Shown piece after piece: positions 7,624 to 17,418 of a stretch of DNA of 64,000 bases. The first letter of the stretch is position 1. The number at the start of each line of letters is the position of its first letter. The stretch comes from an uncultured Phycisphaerales bacterium. GTDB lineage: Bacteria; Planctomycetota; Phycisphaerae; Sedimentisphaerales; Anaerobacaceae. The notes under the pieces are model-generated. The model worked only from the letters and a program-made list of their open reading frames with translations, was not told where the DNA came from and ran no database searches. Position numbers and translations under genes: made by a program. The DNA lies in the NCBI GenBank assembly GCA_963718665.1, contig OY970359.1, forward strand, positions 2,464,001 to 2,528,000. Reading direction: 5' to 3'.

Positions 7624-9030
7624 TTACCTGTGCCGGTAAAACTCCCAGCCCATATAATTGCCTATTGCCTCGGTAATTGCGTCGGCCTTTTGCGACATAT
7701 TCATTGCCACGTGATGCTCGAAGCCCATCCTGCATATAAACTGCAAAAGGTTCTGCAGATTCGGTATCTTTATCACGCCGTAACCCCCGAATGTGTCGAG
7801 CCGGTCGTTTGTGAACTCGCCTTCGCCCACGTATGCGCTGATAACGCCCGCCGCGTCGTCCGTAGAAGTCCTGCAGAATGTCGCGCTGCCCGGCGCGATT
7901 CTCCCCACTATTGTCCCGTATGTGTTGTCCTTGCCTACCGACCCCGCGATGATTGCCTGGTAATCCATCTGTGCGGATTTGAAAAAGCTCTTCGGCAGGT
8001 TGCTGCAGTGGAACAGCACGCATTTGTCCGGCTCGTCCGCGTAATTGTTGTTCCAGTCCAGCAGCGCGCTCGGCGTCCCTGAAGCTAATTGCAGGATATA
8101 CATCCCCAATAGTCCCGTGATATCGACCTCGCATGCGCTTGGCATCAACGACTCGCTCATCATGCTCATCACCGTGCAGGGCACTATCCCGAAAAATTCC
8201 TCAAGCGACGTCCAGCACTGAATCGCTGTCCCGTCAAGCTCGTTTTCCTTTATCCACTGGTCAACCACGTATCCGAACTTCGCCATTTTCAAAAGCGATT
8301 CAGCCGGAATCGATTCAGTTGATGTGTATTGCTGGATTGCGCCCAGTTTCTTTTTTACGTTCCTGTCGTTGTCGGTAAGCTGTGTGATTCTGCCCACGAT
8401 TTCCGAAAGGTCAATCGTCTCGACCGCTATGCCCGACAATTCCAGAATCTTTTCGCTGTATCGGACGGTGTTGAATGCCCCTGTCCTTGCGCCGATTGCG
8501 CCGAAGCGGGCGTTCTTTAACCCTTTGACAATCCTGCAAACCGACGCGAAATCATCCAGCTCCTGTTTGAACTCCGCCGAAGCAACCCCCATGGTATGGG
8601 TTTTTGTCAGGGTGTACGGTATGCCTGCCTGCTTCAGGTTATTGCAGACGCTCATTTTCCCGCAGAACGAGTCCCGCCTTCGTTCTATCTGCATATTCTC
8701 AGTTGCATCGGGTTCCGCCTGTATCAGAATCGGCACATCGAGCCCCGCGCGTTTTACTGATTCCGCCACGCCTTTTTCATCGCCGAAGTTGGGCAGCGTT
8801 ACTATGATACCGTCGATTTTTTCGCTATTTTTCGCGAATAGTTCCGCGCACTTTTTCGCGTCCGCGTATGTCTCAACCGACCCGTATTTGGTATCCTGCA
8901 TCGACAGAGCGATAGCGCCGAACCCGTTGCTCTTGAGCACTTCGAGAATATCTTTGCGTCCCTGCTTTGCCAGTATATCCGGGAAAAATCCCCTGTTTCC
9001 GACTATTACTCCAAACGTCGTCTTTTGCAT
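7624..9030 (-). CDS. L-fucose/L-arabinose isomerase (FucI-like) family protein
   Basis: NFGDE, RRDSFCGKMS, AIQCW, ACEVD, FHCSN and GFEHHVA motifs. Confidence 0.85.
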   Translation of the reverse strand: MQKTTFGVIVGNRGFFPDILAKQGRKDILEVLKSNGFGAIALSMQDTKYGSVETYADAKKCAELFAKNSEKIDGIIVTLPNFGDEKGVAESVKRAGLDVPILIQAEPDATENMQIERRRDSFCGKMSVCNNLKQAGIPYTLTKTHTMGVASAEFKQELDDFASVCRIVKGLKNARFGAIGARTGAFNTVRYSEKILELSGIAVETIDLSEIVGRITQLTDNDRNVKKKLGAIQQYTSTESIPAESLLKMAKFGYVVDQWIKENELDGTAIQCWTSLEEFFGIVPCTVMSMMSESLMPSACEVDITGLLGMYILQLASGTPSALLDWNNNYADEPDKCVLFHCSNLPKSFFKSAQMDYQAIIAGSVGKDNTYGTIVGRIAPGSATFCRTSTDDAAGVISAYVGEGEFTNDRLDTFGGYGVIKIPNLQNLLQFICRMGFEHHVAMNMSQKADAITEAIGNYMGWEFYRHR

Positions 9031-9314
9031 TTTATATCCTTTCCAGCCGAAGTGTTACTTACAGATTTTAACCTGTTACGCAGACGGTATTATAACACGT
9101 TGGAGTGCGATATTCCACAGACAGAGCTTCAGGATTTTAGGTTGCCGAATGCCGATTTTAGCCGTGAAGAGAACGGTTCCTGCCCTCTTTTCCTTTTCTT
9201 TCTTCAAAATAGTCATCCAAAAAGTTATAGTATCCTTTTAGAAACGGCCATAGATTCGGTCTTTGGCCTGCTGATGAAACTGATGGCGGTTAATAAAGGT
9301 TGGGGTGTTGACGG

Positions 9315-10349
9315 ATGAATAATAAGCAATGGCAGGTGCTTGTAGATGTTATATCAGGCAAAGACGTTAATTTTTTGCCGGTTGGTTTTATAATAGACAG
9401 TCCCTGGCTGCCGGGCTGGGCGCATATTTCGACTCTTGATTATTTCACCAATGATGAGCTTTGGTTCGAGACCAATAAAAAAGCGGTGCAGACTTTCCCG
9501 GAGGTTTTGTTTTTGCCGGGGTTCTGGGCGGAATACGGTATGTGCACGGAACCGTCGGCGTTTGGCGCTAAATGTGTGTGGCATGAAAATGAGCTGCCGT
9601 ACGCGGAAAAGATTATCTGGCAGATTGAGGACATCGACCAGCTGACCGTGCCTGAGCCGGAAAAGTGCGGGCTGGGGCCGTTTGTGCTGAACCGTCTTAA
9701 GCTCAACCGCAGTAAAATTGAGGCGCTCGGACATTCCATAAAGTTTGCCGTATCGCGTGGGCCTTTAAATATCGCGTCTTTTCTTATGGGTACGACGGAG
9801 TTTTTGATGGCCCTGAAGACAGATACCGAAAAGGTTCACAAACTGCTTCGTGTCATTACGGACTTTACGACAAGATGGCTTCGATTACAGAAAGAGACGT
9901 TCGACACAATTGATGGGGTTTTGATACTGGATGATATTGTTGGGTTCTGCGGAGAGCCCGATTTCAAGGAATTCGCGAAGCCATATCTGAAGGAGATATT
10001 CGGCTGTCTGGACGTGTCCGTTAAGTTTTTCCATAATGACGCTGGCGGAAAGGTATGTGCGCCGCATCTTGCGGACATTGGAATCAATATGTTTAACTTC
10101 AGTTTTGAGCACTCATTGGAACAAATGAAGCAGTGGACCGAAGGCAAAGTTGTGTTGGTTGGAAACATACCGCCGAGGGACGTATTGGCACAGGGCAGCT
10201 CCGAGCAAATCGCTGAAAAGGTCAATGAGCAGATGCAGGGGCTGGATGATAAAACCGGGATACTTTTTTCGTGCGGAGGCGGAATGCCTCCGGGCGTATC
10301 TTCCGAAAATATCATGGCTTTTATACAGGCGGTCCGTGCAAATAATTAG
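9315..10349 (+). CDS. Uroporphyrinogen decarboxylase-fold (URO-D/MtaA-CmuA-like) protein
   Basis: EPSAFGA, RGPLNIASFLMG, ILDD, FHND, GNIPP, SCGGG. Confidence 0.8.
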   Translation: MNNKQWQVLVDVISGKDVNFLPVGFIIDSPWLPGWAHISTLDYFTNDELWFETNKKAVQTFPEVLFLPGFWAEYGMCTEPSAFGAKCVWHENELPYAEKIIWQIEDIDQLTVPEPEKCGLGPFVLNRLKLNRSKIEALGHSIKFAVSRGPLNIASFLMGTTEFLMALKTDTEKVHKLLRVITDFTTRWLRLQKETFDTIDGVLILDDIVGFCGEPDFKEFAKPYLKEIFGCLDVSVKFFHNDAGGKVCAPHLADIGINMFNFSFEHSLEQMKQWTEGKVVLVGNIPPRDVLAQGSSEQIAEKVNEQMQGLDDKTGILFSCGGGMPPGVSSENIMAFIQAVRANN

Positions 10350-10370
10350 CTCAAACCAGGGGTAATACAA

Positions 10371-12446
10371 ATGAGGATTAAAATTTACATCGTGGCGGTT
10401 TTGGCTGTTCTTTTGGGAACCGTTAATGTTTTTTCACAGGACTTTTTGGGGCATCGTGATAACTTCAACATCGTTGACTGGAAGTTTTATAAGGGCGATA
10501 TACACTCTGCCGAAAGCGGCGACAAGATATCGGAACAGGGATGGGAAGATGTAACTATACCTCATACCTGGAATGCGAAAGACGTTCTGACTGAGGGAGA
10601 CCATTGTTATCAGGGGGTAGGATGGTATCGAAGCAGTTTTGATTTGCCAAAAAAGCAAAATAGCAGGCGATACTTTATTCGTTTTGAAGGCGTATGCTTG
10701 GTGTCTGATGTATATGTCAACGGTATTTTCATCGGCCGGCACAAAGGCGGTTATTCGGCTTTTTGCTACGAAATTACCCGGCAGGTCAGGACTGGCCGGA
10801 AAAACAGTATTTCCGTCAAGGTGGATAATTCGATGCAGCCGGACGTGGCGCCTTCTGGGACCTATCTTTATCCTTTGTTCGGCGGCATTTACCGTCCTGT
10901 CACCGTATTCAGCACGGATGATTTATGTATTTCACCTCTCGATTACGCTTCGAGTGGGGTATATATTTGCCCCGTGAATGTTTCTGCTAAACAAGCGGAT
11001 ATTGAAGTGGCGACGCTCTTGGATTACAGCGCAGCAAAAGACCCAAACGACGCCGAAGTAATGCTGAAGACGAACGTGCTGGACAATAATAATGTGATTG
11101 CTCAAAAACTTGAGAAAGTCATCGTTAAAAACAGTCAACAGACCAAAAACATTTCGAAAATTCACATAGACAATCCGCATCTCTGGAACGCTAAAAAAGA
11201 CCCGTATTTGTATAAGGTGAATGTTTGCGTGGAAGACACGCAGGGAACAAAAATAGACGAAATAGACCAGCCGCTTGGGCTGCGTTTCTTCGAAGTTGAC
11301 AGGGACAAAGGTCTTATACTGAACGGCCAACCGTATCATTTGCACGGCGTGTGCAGGCACCAGGAATGGGAAGGATTGGGGTCTGCGCTAACCGATAAAC
11401 AGCACGAAAAGGATATCGAACTGATTCTTGAGCTCGGTGCCAATGGCGTTCGTCTGGCTCATTACCAGCAGGCGGACAAGATGTACAGCTTGTGTGACGA
11501 GAAAGGCCTTGTTGTCTGGGCGGAAATCCCGAATACTCCGGCGTATCGGGCGGAAAACCCTGCATATCTTCAGAACTGCAAAGAGCAGCTCACGGAACTT
11601 ATCAAACAAAACTACAATCACCCCGCAATTTTCTTCTGGGGAATGTACAACGAAATTCCAATCTCCGCCGAAGATGTAAAATCGCTGCACCAGACCGCCA
11701 AACAGCTTGACCCCTATCGTTTAACCACTCAGGCGGACTTCACGCAGGTTACAGGCAGACATTTCGTGACCGATGTCGCCGCCTGGAACTGGTACTTCGG
11801 CTGGTACTACGACAAGTTTGACAAATACATCACATGGTATGACAACCTTCACAAACAACACCCCCAAATAAAAGGCGGCCTGAGCGAATACGGCGCCGAA
11901 GGTTGTATCAGCCAGCAACAGGAAGACCCGAATCGCCCTAATCCTTACGGCAGGTTTTTCCCCGAGCAATACCAGCGCCTTTACCACGAGGAGGTCTGGA
12001 AGAATATAAAAGACAGGGACGATATCTGGTGCAAGTTTATATGGAACATGTTCGACTTCAGCTGGACGTTTGCCAAACGCGGCGACCGTGATTTTATTAA
12101 TCACAAAGGGCTTGTTACGCATGACCGCCAGGTGAAAAAAGATGCCTTCTATTTCTACAAGGCAAACTGGTCCGATGAGCCGGTGCTTTACATTCTAAGC
12201 AGACGCAATACACAGCGAACCAAAGAAGCGGCAGAGGTGGCGGTTTATACGAATCTTGACGAGGTCGAGCTGTATGTTAATGAAAAACTGATTTCGAGTA
12301 AGAAAATGGATTCAGATATTCACAAAATTGTCTGGAAAGACATTGTGCTTAGGCCCGGCCCAAATAAGATAAGTGTAATCGGCCAAAAAGGTGATAAGAA
12401 ATACACCGATGCATGCGAATGGACGTATGTAAAAAACAAAGGTTAA
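10371..12446 (+). CDS. GH2 glycoside hydrolase (beta-galactosidase/glucuronidase-like), secreted
   Basis: Signal peptide; IPHTWN, HKGGYSAF, GVCRHQ, RLAHYQQ, NHPAIFFWGMYNE (acid/base), SEYGA (nucleophile), NHKGLVT. Confidence 0.93.
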   Translation: MRIKIYIVAVLAVLLGTVNVFSQDFLGHRDNFNIVDWKFYKGDIHSAESGDKISEQGWEDVTIPHTWNAKDVLTEGDHCYQGVGWYRSSFDLPKKQNSRRYFIRFEGVCLVSDVYVNGIFIGRHKGGYSAFCYEITRQVRTGRKNSISVKVDNSMQPDVAPSGTYLYPLFGGIYRPVTVFSTDDLCISPLDYASSGVYICPVNVSAKQADIEVATLLDYSAAKDPNDAEVMLKTNVLDNNNVIAQKLEKVIVKNSQQTKNISKIHIDNPHLWNAKKDPYLYKVNVCVEDTQGTKIDEIDQPLGLRFFEVDRDKGLILNGQPYHLHGVCRHQEWEGLGSALTDKQHEKDIELILELGANGVRLAHYQQADKMYSLCDEKGLVVWAEIPNTPAYRAENPAYLQNCKEQLTELIKQNYNHPAIFFWGMYNEIPISAEDVKSLHQTAKQLDPYRLTTQADFTQVTGRHFVTDVAAWNWYFGWYYDKFDKYITWYDNLHKQHPQIKGGLSEYGAEGCISQQQEDPNRPNPYGRFFPEQYQRLYHEEVWKNIKDRDDIWCKFIWNMFDFSWTFAKRGDRDFINHKGLVTHDRQVKKDAFYFYKANWSDEPVLYILSRRNTQRTKEAAEVAVYTNLDEVELYVNEKLISSKKMDSDIHKIVWKDIVLRPGPNKISVIGQKGDKKYTDACEWTYVKNKG

Positions 12447-12525
12447 AAATCAACAATCAAATATAGATTAAAAATTTTAAAAAGATGGCAGTTCCTCGTC
12501 GCGGTTTACATTTGCCTTTTACTTT

Positions 12526-13221
12526 TTAATTGTCTCTTTGTCCGTAATAGGCGCCTTTGCCATGTTTGCGAAGATAGTGTTTGTCCAATAGTTCCCTGCT
12601 GATTTGACGCTGTTTCGGACTTAACACAAGCGTCCTCATCGCCATTGTCGCTATTTCTTCGAGAACAACCATTGACTCGACTGCCTGCCCCGCGGTTTTT
12701 CCCCAGCTAAACGGCCCGTGGTTCGCGACAAGCGCCGCCCGCATTTGCATCGGGTCAATCTTGGCAAATCGTTTGATAATTGCTTTTCCGGTGTTCAGCT
12801 CGTAGTCGTTTTGTATTTCTTTTTTCGTCAGCGGCTTGGTGACGGGCACCGTGCCGTAAAAATAATCCGCGTGAGTTGTGCCTAAGCACGGTATTTCCCT
12901 GCACGCCTGCGCCCAAACCGTCGCGCTCATCGAGTGCGTGTGACATATCCCGCCTATCGACTTGAAGTTTCGATAAAGCGCAAGATGTGTAGGCGTATCG
13001 GATGATGGTTTGAGATTGCCTTCGACAACTTTACCCGCCAAATCCACCAGCACGATCTTGTCGGCTGTCAGCTCCTCGTAAGATACGCCGCTGGGCTTTA
13101 TCGCGACTATTCCCTCCGCACGGTCGATTCCGCTTACATTGCCCCAGTTGTAAATCACGAGGTTTCGTTTTTGCAGTTCGATATTCGCGTCACAAACAAA
13201 TTTTTTCAGTTCTTCGTGCAT
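12526..13221 (-). CDS. araD: L-ribulose-5-phosphate 4-epimerase
   Basis: WGNVS, IKPSG, PSSDTPTH, HTHS, GTTHADYF, HGPF, KHYLRKHG. Confidence 0.96.
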   Translation of the reverse strand: MHEELKKFVCDANIELQKRNLVIYNWGNVSGIDRAEGIVAIKPSGVSYEELTADKIVLVDLAGKVVEGNLKPSSDTPTHLALYRNFKSIGGICHTHSMSATVWAQACREIPCLGTTHADYFYGTVPVTKPLTKKEIQNDYELNTGKAIIKRFAKIDPMQMRAALVANHGPFSWGKTAGQAVESMVVLEEIATMAMRTLVLSPKQRQISRELLDKHYLRKHGKGAYYGQRDN

Positions 13222-14894
13222 AGGTCCTTAATATTCAAAAGTTTCTTCATAACGTTCGCCATTGTTCCCGAACCAAAAGCATCATGAATCTGTTTATAAA
13301 GGGCGTAACCCCTTTTGTAAATGGCGTGGTTTTCCGCGATAGGTTTGTAAGTGACCTTTTTTATCCCGCACATCGCCCTCTGCGCCTCGGCAAAATTCTT
13401 ATGACCGCCCGCCGTAACCGCCGCCGCGATTGCCGCTCCGAGCGCGCAGCTTTGTGCCGAGCGTGACACCTTCATTTCCCTGCCTGTAACATCCGCGTAA
13501 ATCTGCATGACCAGCGGGCTTTTTTCCGCTATCCCGCCGCAGTTGATTACTTCCGATACCTTCACTCCGTATTCCTCGAACCTGTTTATGATTGTCAGCG
13601 CCCCGAATGCCGTCGCCTCAATCAGCGCACGGTATATCTCTTCGGGCTTGGTATGCAGCGTCTGTCCCAGAAGCAGCCCCGTCAGCCGCTGGTCAACTAA
13701 AATGGTGCGATTCCCGTTGTTCCAGTCCAGTGCCAGTAATCCCGATTGTCCGGGTTTGAGTTTCGCTGCTTTTTTGGTTAGGGCATCGTGCGAACCCGCT
13801 ATTTTGCCTCCCGGCTGGATATAATTCACAAACCAGTTGAATATGTCCCCAACTGCCGACTGTCCCGCCTCCAGTCCGATATACTCTGGCAATATCGACC
13901 CCTCAACTATTCCGCATATCCCCGGTATGTCCGCCAGCTGTTTGCCTTGTTCTGATACGAGCATATCGCATGTGCTTGTCCCTATTATCTTGACTAACTT
14001 GCCCGGAGCGATGCCTGAGCCAACTGCCCCCAAATGTGCATCGAACGCGCCCACTGCAACCGGTATACCCGCATTCAATCCCAACTTTTTCGCCCATTGC
14101 TGCGTAAGTTTACCCGCCTCTGTTTCGATGGTATATGTCTTGTCATACAGCCGGCCGCGAAGCTCGCCAAGTTTGGGGTCCAATTTCGCTAAAAAATCCT
14201 TCGCAGGCAGTCCGCCCCAGTCCGCGTTGAACATCGCCTTATGTCCCGCCGCGCACCTGCTTCGTTTCATCGCCGCTGGCTTTTCTGTCCCCGTCAGCAC
14301 CGCCGGTATATAATCGCAGCACTCAACCCAGCTGTACGCCGCGTCAAATACCTTCGGGTCAGTTCGCAGGCAATGAAGTATCTTGCTGAAAAACCATTCC
14401 GATGAATATACCTGCCCGCACTTTGCCAGATATTCCGGATGCTCTTTTTTCGCCAGCTCCGTTATTTCCGCCGCCTCCGCGAAACCCGTATGGTCCTTCC
14501 ACAGCCACGCCTGCGCGTTTTTATTCTTCTTAAACTCAGGCAGCATCGCCAGGGGTGTCCCGTTTTTGTCCATTGGCAGGGGGGTTGACCCCGTCGTATC
14601 AACGCCGATCCCGATTACCGCTTCAGGTTTGAATTTCTTATCGCTTTTTTTGGCCTGTCCTGAGCATTGTCGAAGGGCAAGAGTAATCGCCTTTTTGATT
14701 GTTACTTCGATACCTTTGATGTAATCCGCCGGATTCTGTCTTGCGAGATTATGGTCGTTCTTATCTAAGATGATACCTGCTTGTCCCGTCGGGTAATTAT
14801 AAACTGCTGTCCCGATTTCTCTCCCGTCCGCGATATCGACAATTACGCACCGAACCGAATTCGTCCCGTAATCCAATCCTATTGTATATGCCAT
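13206..14894 (-). CDS. araB: Ribulokinase
   Basis: IGLDYGTNSVR, GVDTTGST, LWKDH, YSSEW, CAAGHKAM, GTSTCD, EAGQSAVGDIF, LDWNNGNR. Confidence 0.95.
   Translation of the reverse strand: MAYTIGLDYGTNSVRCVIVDIADGREIGTAVYNYPTGQAGIILDKNDHNLARQNPADYIKGIEVTIKKAITLALRQCSGQAKKSDKKFKPEAVIGIGVDTTGSTPLPMDKNGTPLAMLPEFKKNKNAQAWLWKDHTGFAEAAEITELAKKEHPEYLAKCGQVYSSEWFFSKILHCLRTDPKVFDAAYSWVECCDYIPAVLTGTEKPAAMKRSRCAAGHKAMFNADWGGLPAKDFLAKLDPKLGELRGRLYDKTYTIETEAGKLTQQWAKKLGLNAGIPVAVGAFDAHLGAVGSGIAPGKLVKIIGTSTCDMLVSEQGKQLADIPGICGIVEGSILPEYIGLEAGQSAVGDIFNWFVNYIQPGGKIAGSHDALTKKAAKLKPGQSGLLALDWNNGNRTILVDQRLTGLLLGQTLHTKPEEIYRALIEATAFGALTIINRFEEYGVKVSEVINCGGIAEKSPLVMQIYADVTGREMKVSRSAQSCALGAAIAAAVTAGGHKNFAEAQRAMCGIKKVTYKPIAENHAIYKRGYALYKQIHDAFGSGTMANVMKKLLNIKDLCTKN
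14652..14675 (-). repeat. REP-like mini-element (CTTCGACAA(T)GCTCAGG family) inserted in frame in araB
   Basis: Reverse complement cttcgacaatgctcaggacaggcc. Near-identical intergenic copies lie at 21904-21927 and 32844-32865. Confidence 0.75.
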
Positions 14895-14909
14895 TTTATA
14901 ATCCCGTAA

Positions 14910-15854
14910 TCAGCTTTTTGCCTTTCGTCTGCCGAGAATCTGGTCGGTTATGACGCCGATAAGAATGACTGTCCCCATCACCGCGAAATTCAGCGAGCTT
15001 GGAATACCTAAGAGATTTACAAGATTCTGCAAAACCTGCAATAGGGCGGCGCCTATAACAATACCGATGACCGAACCCTCGCCCCCGCGAAGTGAACACC
15101 CGCCAAGCACCGCTGCCGCGATTGCGTAAAGCTCGTAAAAATTCCCGTGCGACGAAGGCGAAATCGAATTGGTATAAAACGCCAGCAATATCGCCCCGAT
15201 ACCTGCCATTAACGCTGAAACAACATAAGAGCTTGCGATAACTAAAGATGTATTGATGCCCGAAAATCGCGCCGCCTCCTCATTTCTGCCCACCGCGAAA
15301 AGATACCGCCCATAAACCGAGCGATGCAGAATGACCCACATAATAAAACTGATGATAATCAAAAGAACAAACGGCATAGGTACGCCCAGCACCTCGCCTG
15401 TGGTTAATTTCTGCAATGTCTCGAAACCCGTGCAGTACCCGAAGCCCAGCGTCTGGTCTTCCGCAATATATCGTGCCAGTCCCCTGTAAAATAAAAGTCC
15501 GCACAAAGTAACAATAAAAGATTGCAGATGCATCTTCGCGACTAAGAAACCATGAAAAATGCCTATCACGATGGCAATCAGCAGGAGGGCTGCGATAGCC
15601 AATGGCCAAGGCCAGCCCCACCGCATCAGCATAAACGAAAGCAAAACCCCGAACAATGCGAAAAGCGAACCCACCGAAAGGTCAATCCCGCCCGTGATAA
15701 TGACTATACCCACGCCGATGCTGAATATGCCGAACATTCCGACCAATCGCGCTGTGTTCTGCAAATTCATAACGCTAAGAAACAGCGGATTTAGAATCGC
15801 CACCACAATGCATAAAACAACCAGCATCGCGAATATACCGAGTTCCTTTTTCAT
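14910..15854 (-). CDS. Sugar ABC transporter permease (RbsC-like)
   Basis: GGIDLSVGS, GRNEEAARFSGI, YELYAIAAAVLGG; multiple TM segments. Confidence 0.95.
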   Translation of the reverse strand: MKKELGIFAMLVVLCIVVAILNPLFLSVMNLQNTARLVGMFGIFSIGVGIVIITGGIDLSVGSLFALFGVLLSFMLMRWGWPWPLAIAALLLIAIVIGIFHGFLVAKMHLQSFIVTLCGLLFYRGLARYIAEDQTLGFGYCTGFETLQKLTTGEVLGVPMPFVLLIIISFIMWVILHRSVYGRYLFAVGRNEEAARFSGINTSLVIASSYVVSALMAGIGAILLAFYTNSISPSSHGNFYELYAIAAAVLGGCSLRGGEGSVIGIVIGAALLQVLQNLVNLLGIPSSLNFAVMGTVILIGVITDQILGRRKAKS

Positions 15855-15862
15855 TCTGCTCC

Positions 15863-17392
15863 TTAGTTATCTTTATTGCCTGCCCGGCTCGTCTGCCCGA
15901 CCGCCAATCGCATTACGGCCTCTTCCTCGAACTTGTCGCGCGTCAAAATCCCCGTGATTTGCCCTTCATGCATCACTGCGATGCGGTCGCTGACCCCGAG
16001 AATCTCTTCCATATCCGAGCTTATCATTACAATCACAACCCCGCTGTCCGCCAACTCGCGCATAAGGTGATAAATTTCCGCCTTGGAGCCGACATCGATG
16101 CCGCGCGTCGGCTCATCGAAAATCACAACCTTCGGCTTTAACGCGAGCCATTTCGCCAAAACAACTTTCTGCTGATTTCCGCCGCTGAGGTTTTTAACTA
16201 ATGTCTCTACCGACGTAATTTTCATTTTCAGCTTTTCGCATTGCTTCTCTGAGACGCTTGTTTCCCGTCTGCGTTGTATAAGCCCCAAAGTCGTATAACT
16301 GTTCAAATCAGGCAGCGTTATGTTCTCGCGAAAAGTCATATCTGTTATAAGTCCCGATTTCCTGCGGTTCTCCGGTATAAGGTAAATCCCGTTTTCGATA
16401 GCGTCGCCCGCGCATCGTATCCGCAATTTCTCCCCGCCGACGTTTACCGAGCCGCCCGTAGTCGCTTCAACCCCGAAAATCGCATGTGCCATTTCTGTTC
16501 TGCCCGCGCCGACAAGCCCCGCGAATCCGAGTATCTCCCCGCGTGAGGCCTCGAATGTTATTTTATGGTGCGGATATCTCTGTGTCCTCAAATCGCTGAC
16601 GCTAAAATAATTGTCCCCGGCCTGCGACTTCGGCGAGACAAAAAAATCTTCGAGTTTTCTGCCAATCATCAGCCGGACCATATTGTCGTGAGTTATCTTG
16701 TCCCCTTCGAGCGAGCCGACGTTCGCCCCGTCTCGCAGGCCCACAACACGGTCGGCACATTCCTTAACCTCAGACAATCGGTGCGATATGTAAATGATGC
16801 TTACGCCGTTAGAACGTAATTGCCGTATCACCTCGAAAAGCTTTTTCGCCTCCGACAGCGTCAAACTCGACGTCGGCTCATCCATTATCAACAATCGTGC
16901 GTTTAACGATAACGCCTTCGCCACCTCGACCATTTGTTGTTGTGCGATGGACATCTGGCTCAAAATCGTTTTCGCGGGCAGGTTGAGTCCGAGTTGTTTC
17001 AGGTATGGCTCCGTCTCCGCCCACATCCGCCGCCGGTTGATAATCCTCAATGGCCCCAGCCGAGTCGGCTCTCTGCCCAAAAATATATTCCCCGCGATGC
17101 TTAAATTATCCAGGATATTTAACTCTTGGTGAATAAAGCCAATCCCCAGCTTTATTGCTTCGGACACATTTTTAATAACGACGCCTTCCCCGCCGATTTT
17201 GATTGTCCCCGAGTCCTGCTCCAAAACCCCGCCGAGTATGTTCATCAGCGTTGACTTGCCCGCCCCGTTCTCGCCAATCAGCGCTACCACCTCGCCTGCA
17301 TACACCGTCAGGTCAACCTTATCGAGTGCCTTCACGCCCGGAAAGCTCTTCTCGATTCCCTGCATCTCTAACAATTGTATGTCAGCGGTCAT
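15863..17392 (-). CDS. Sugar ABC transporter ATP-binding protein (RbsA-like, two ABC domains)
   Basis: GENGAGKST, MDEPT, LSGGNQQK, DEPTRGIDVG. Confidence 0.96.
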   Translation of the reverse strand: MTADIQLLEMQGIEKSFPGVKALDKVDLTVYAGEVVALIGENGAGKSTLMNILGGVLEQDSGTIKIGGEGVVIKNVSEAIKLGIGFIHQELNILDNLSIAGNIFLGREPTRLGPLRIINRRRMWAETEPYLKQLGLNLPAKTILSQMSIAQQQMVEVAKALSLNARLLIMDEPTSSLTLSEAKKLFEVIRQLRSNGVSIIYISHRLSEVKECADRVVGLRDGANVGSLEGDKITHDNMVRLMIGRKLEDFFVSPKSQAGDNYFSVSDLRTQRYPHHKITFEASRGEILGFAGLVGAGRTEMAHAIFGVEATTGGSVNVGGEKLRIRCAGDAIENGIYLIPENRRKSGLITDMTFRENITLPDLNSYTTLGLIQRRRETSVSEKQCEKLKMKITSVETLVKNLSGGNQQKVVLAKWLALKPKVVIFDEPTRGIDVGSKAEIYHLMRELADSGVVIVMISSDMEEILGVSDRIAVMHEGQITGILTRDKFEEEAVMRLAVGQTSRAGNKDN

Positions 17393-17418
17393 AAGTTAGT
17401 AGCAATGAATTTGCGTTA

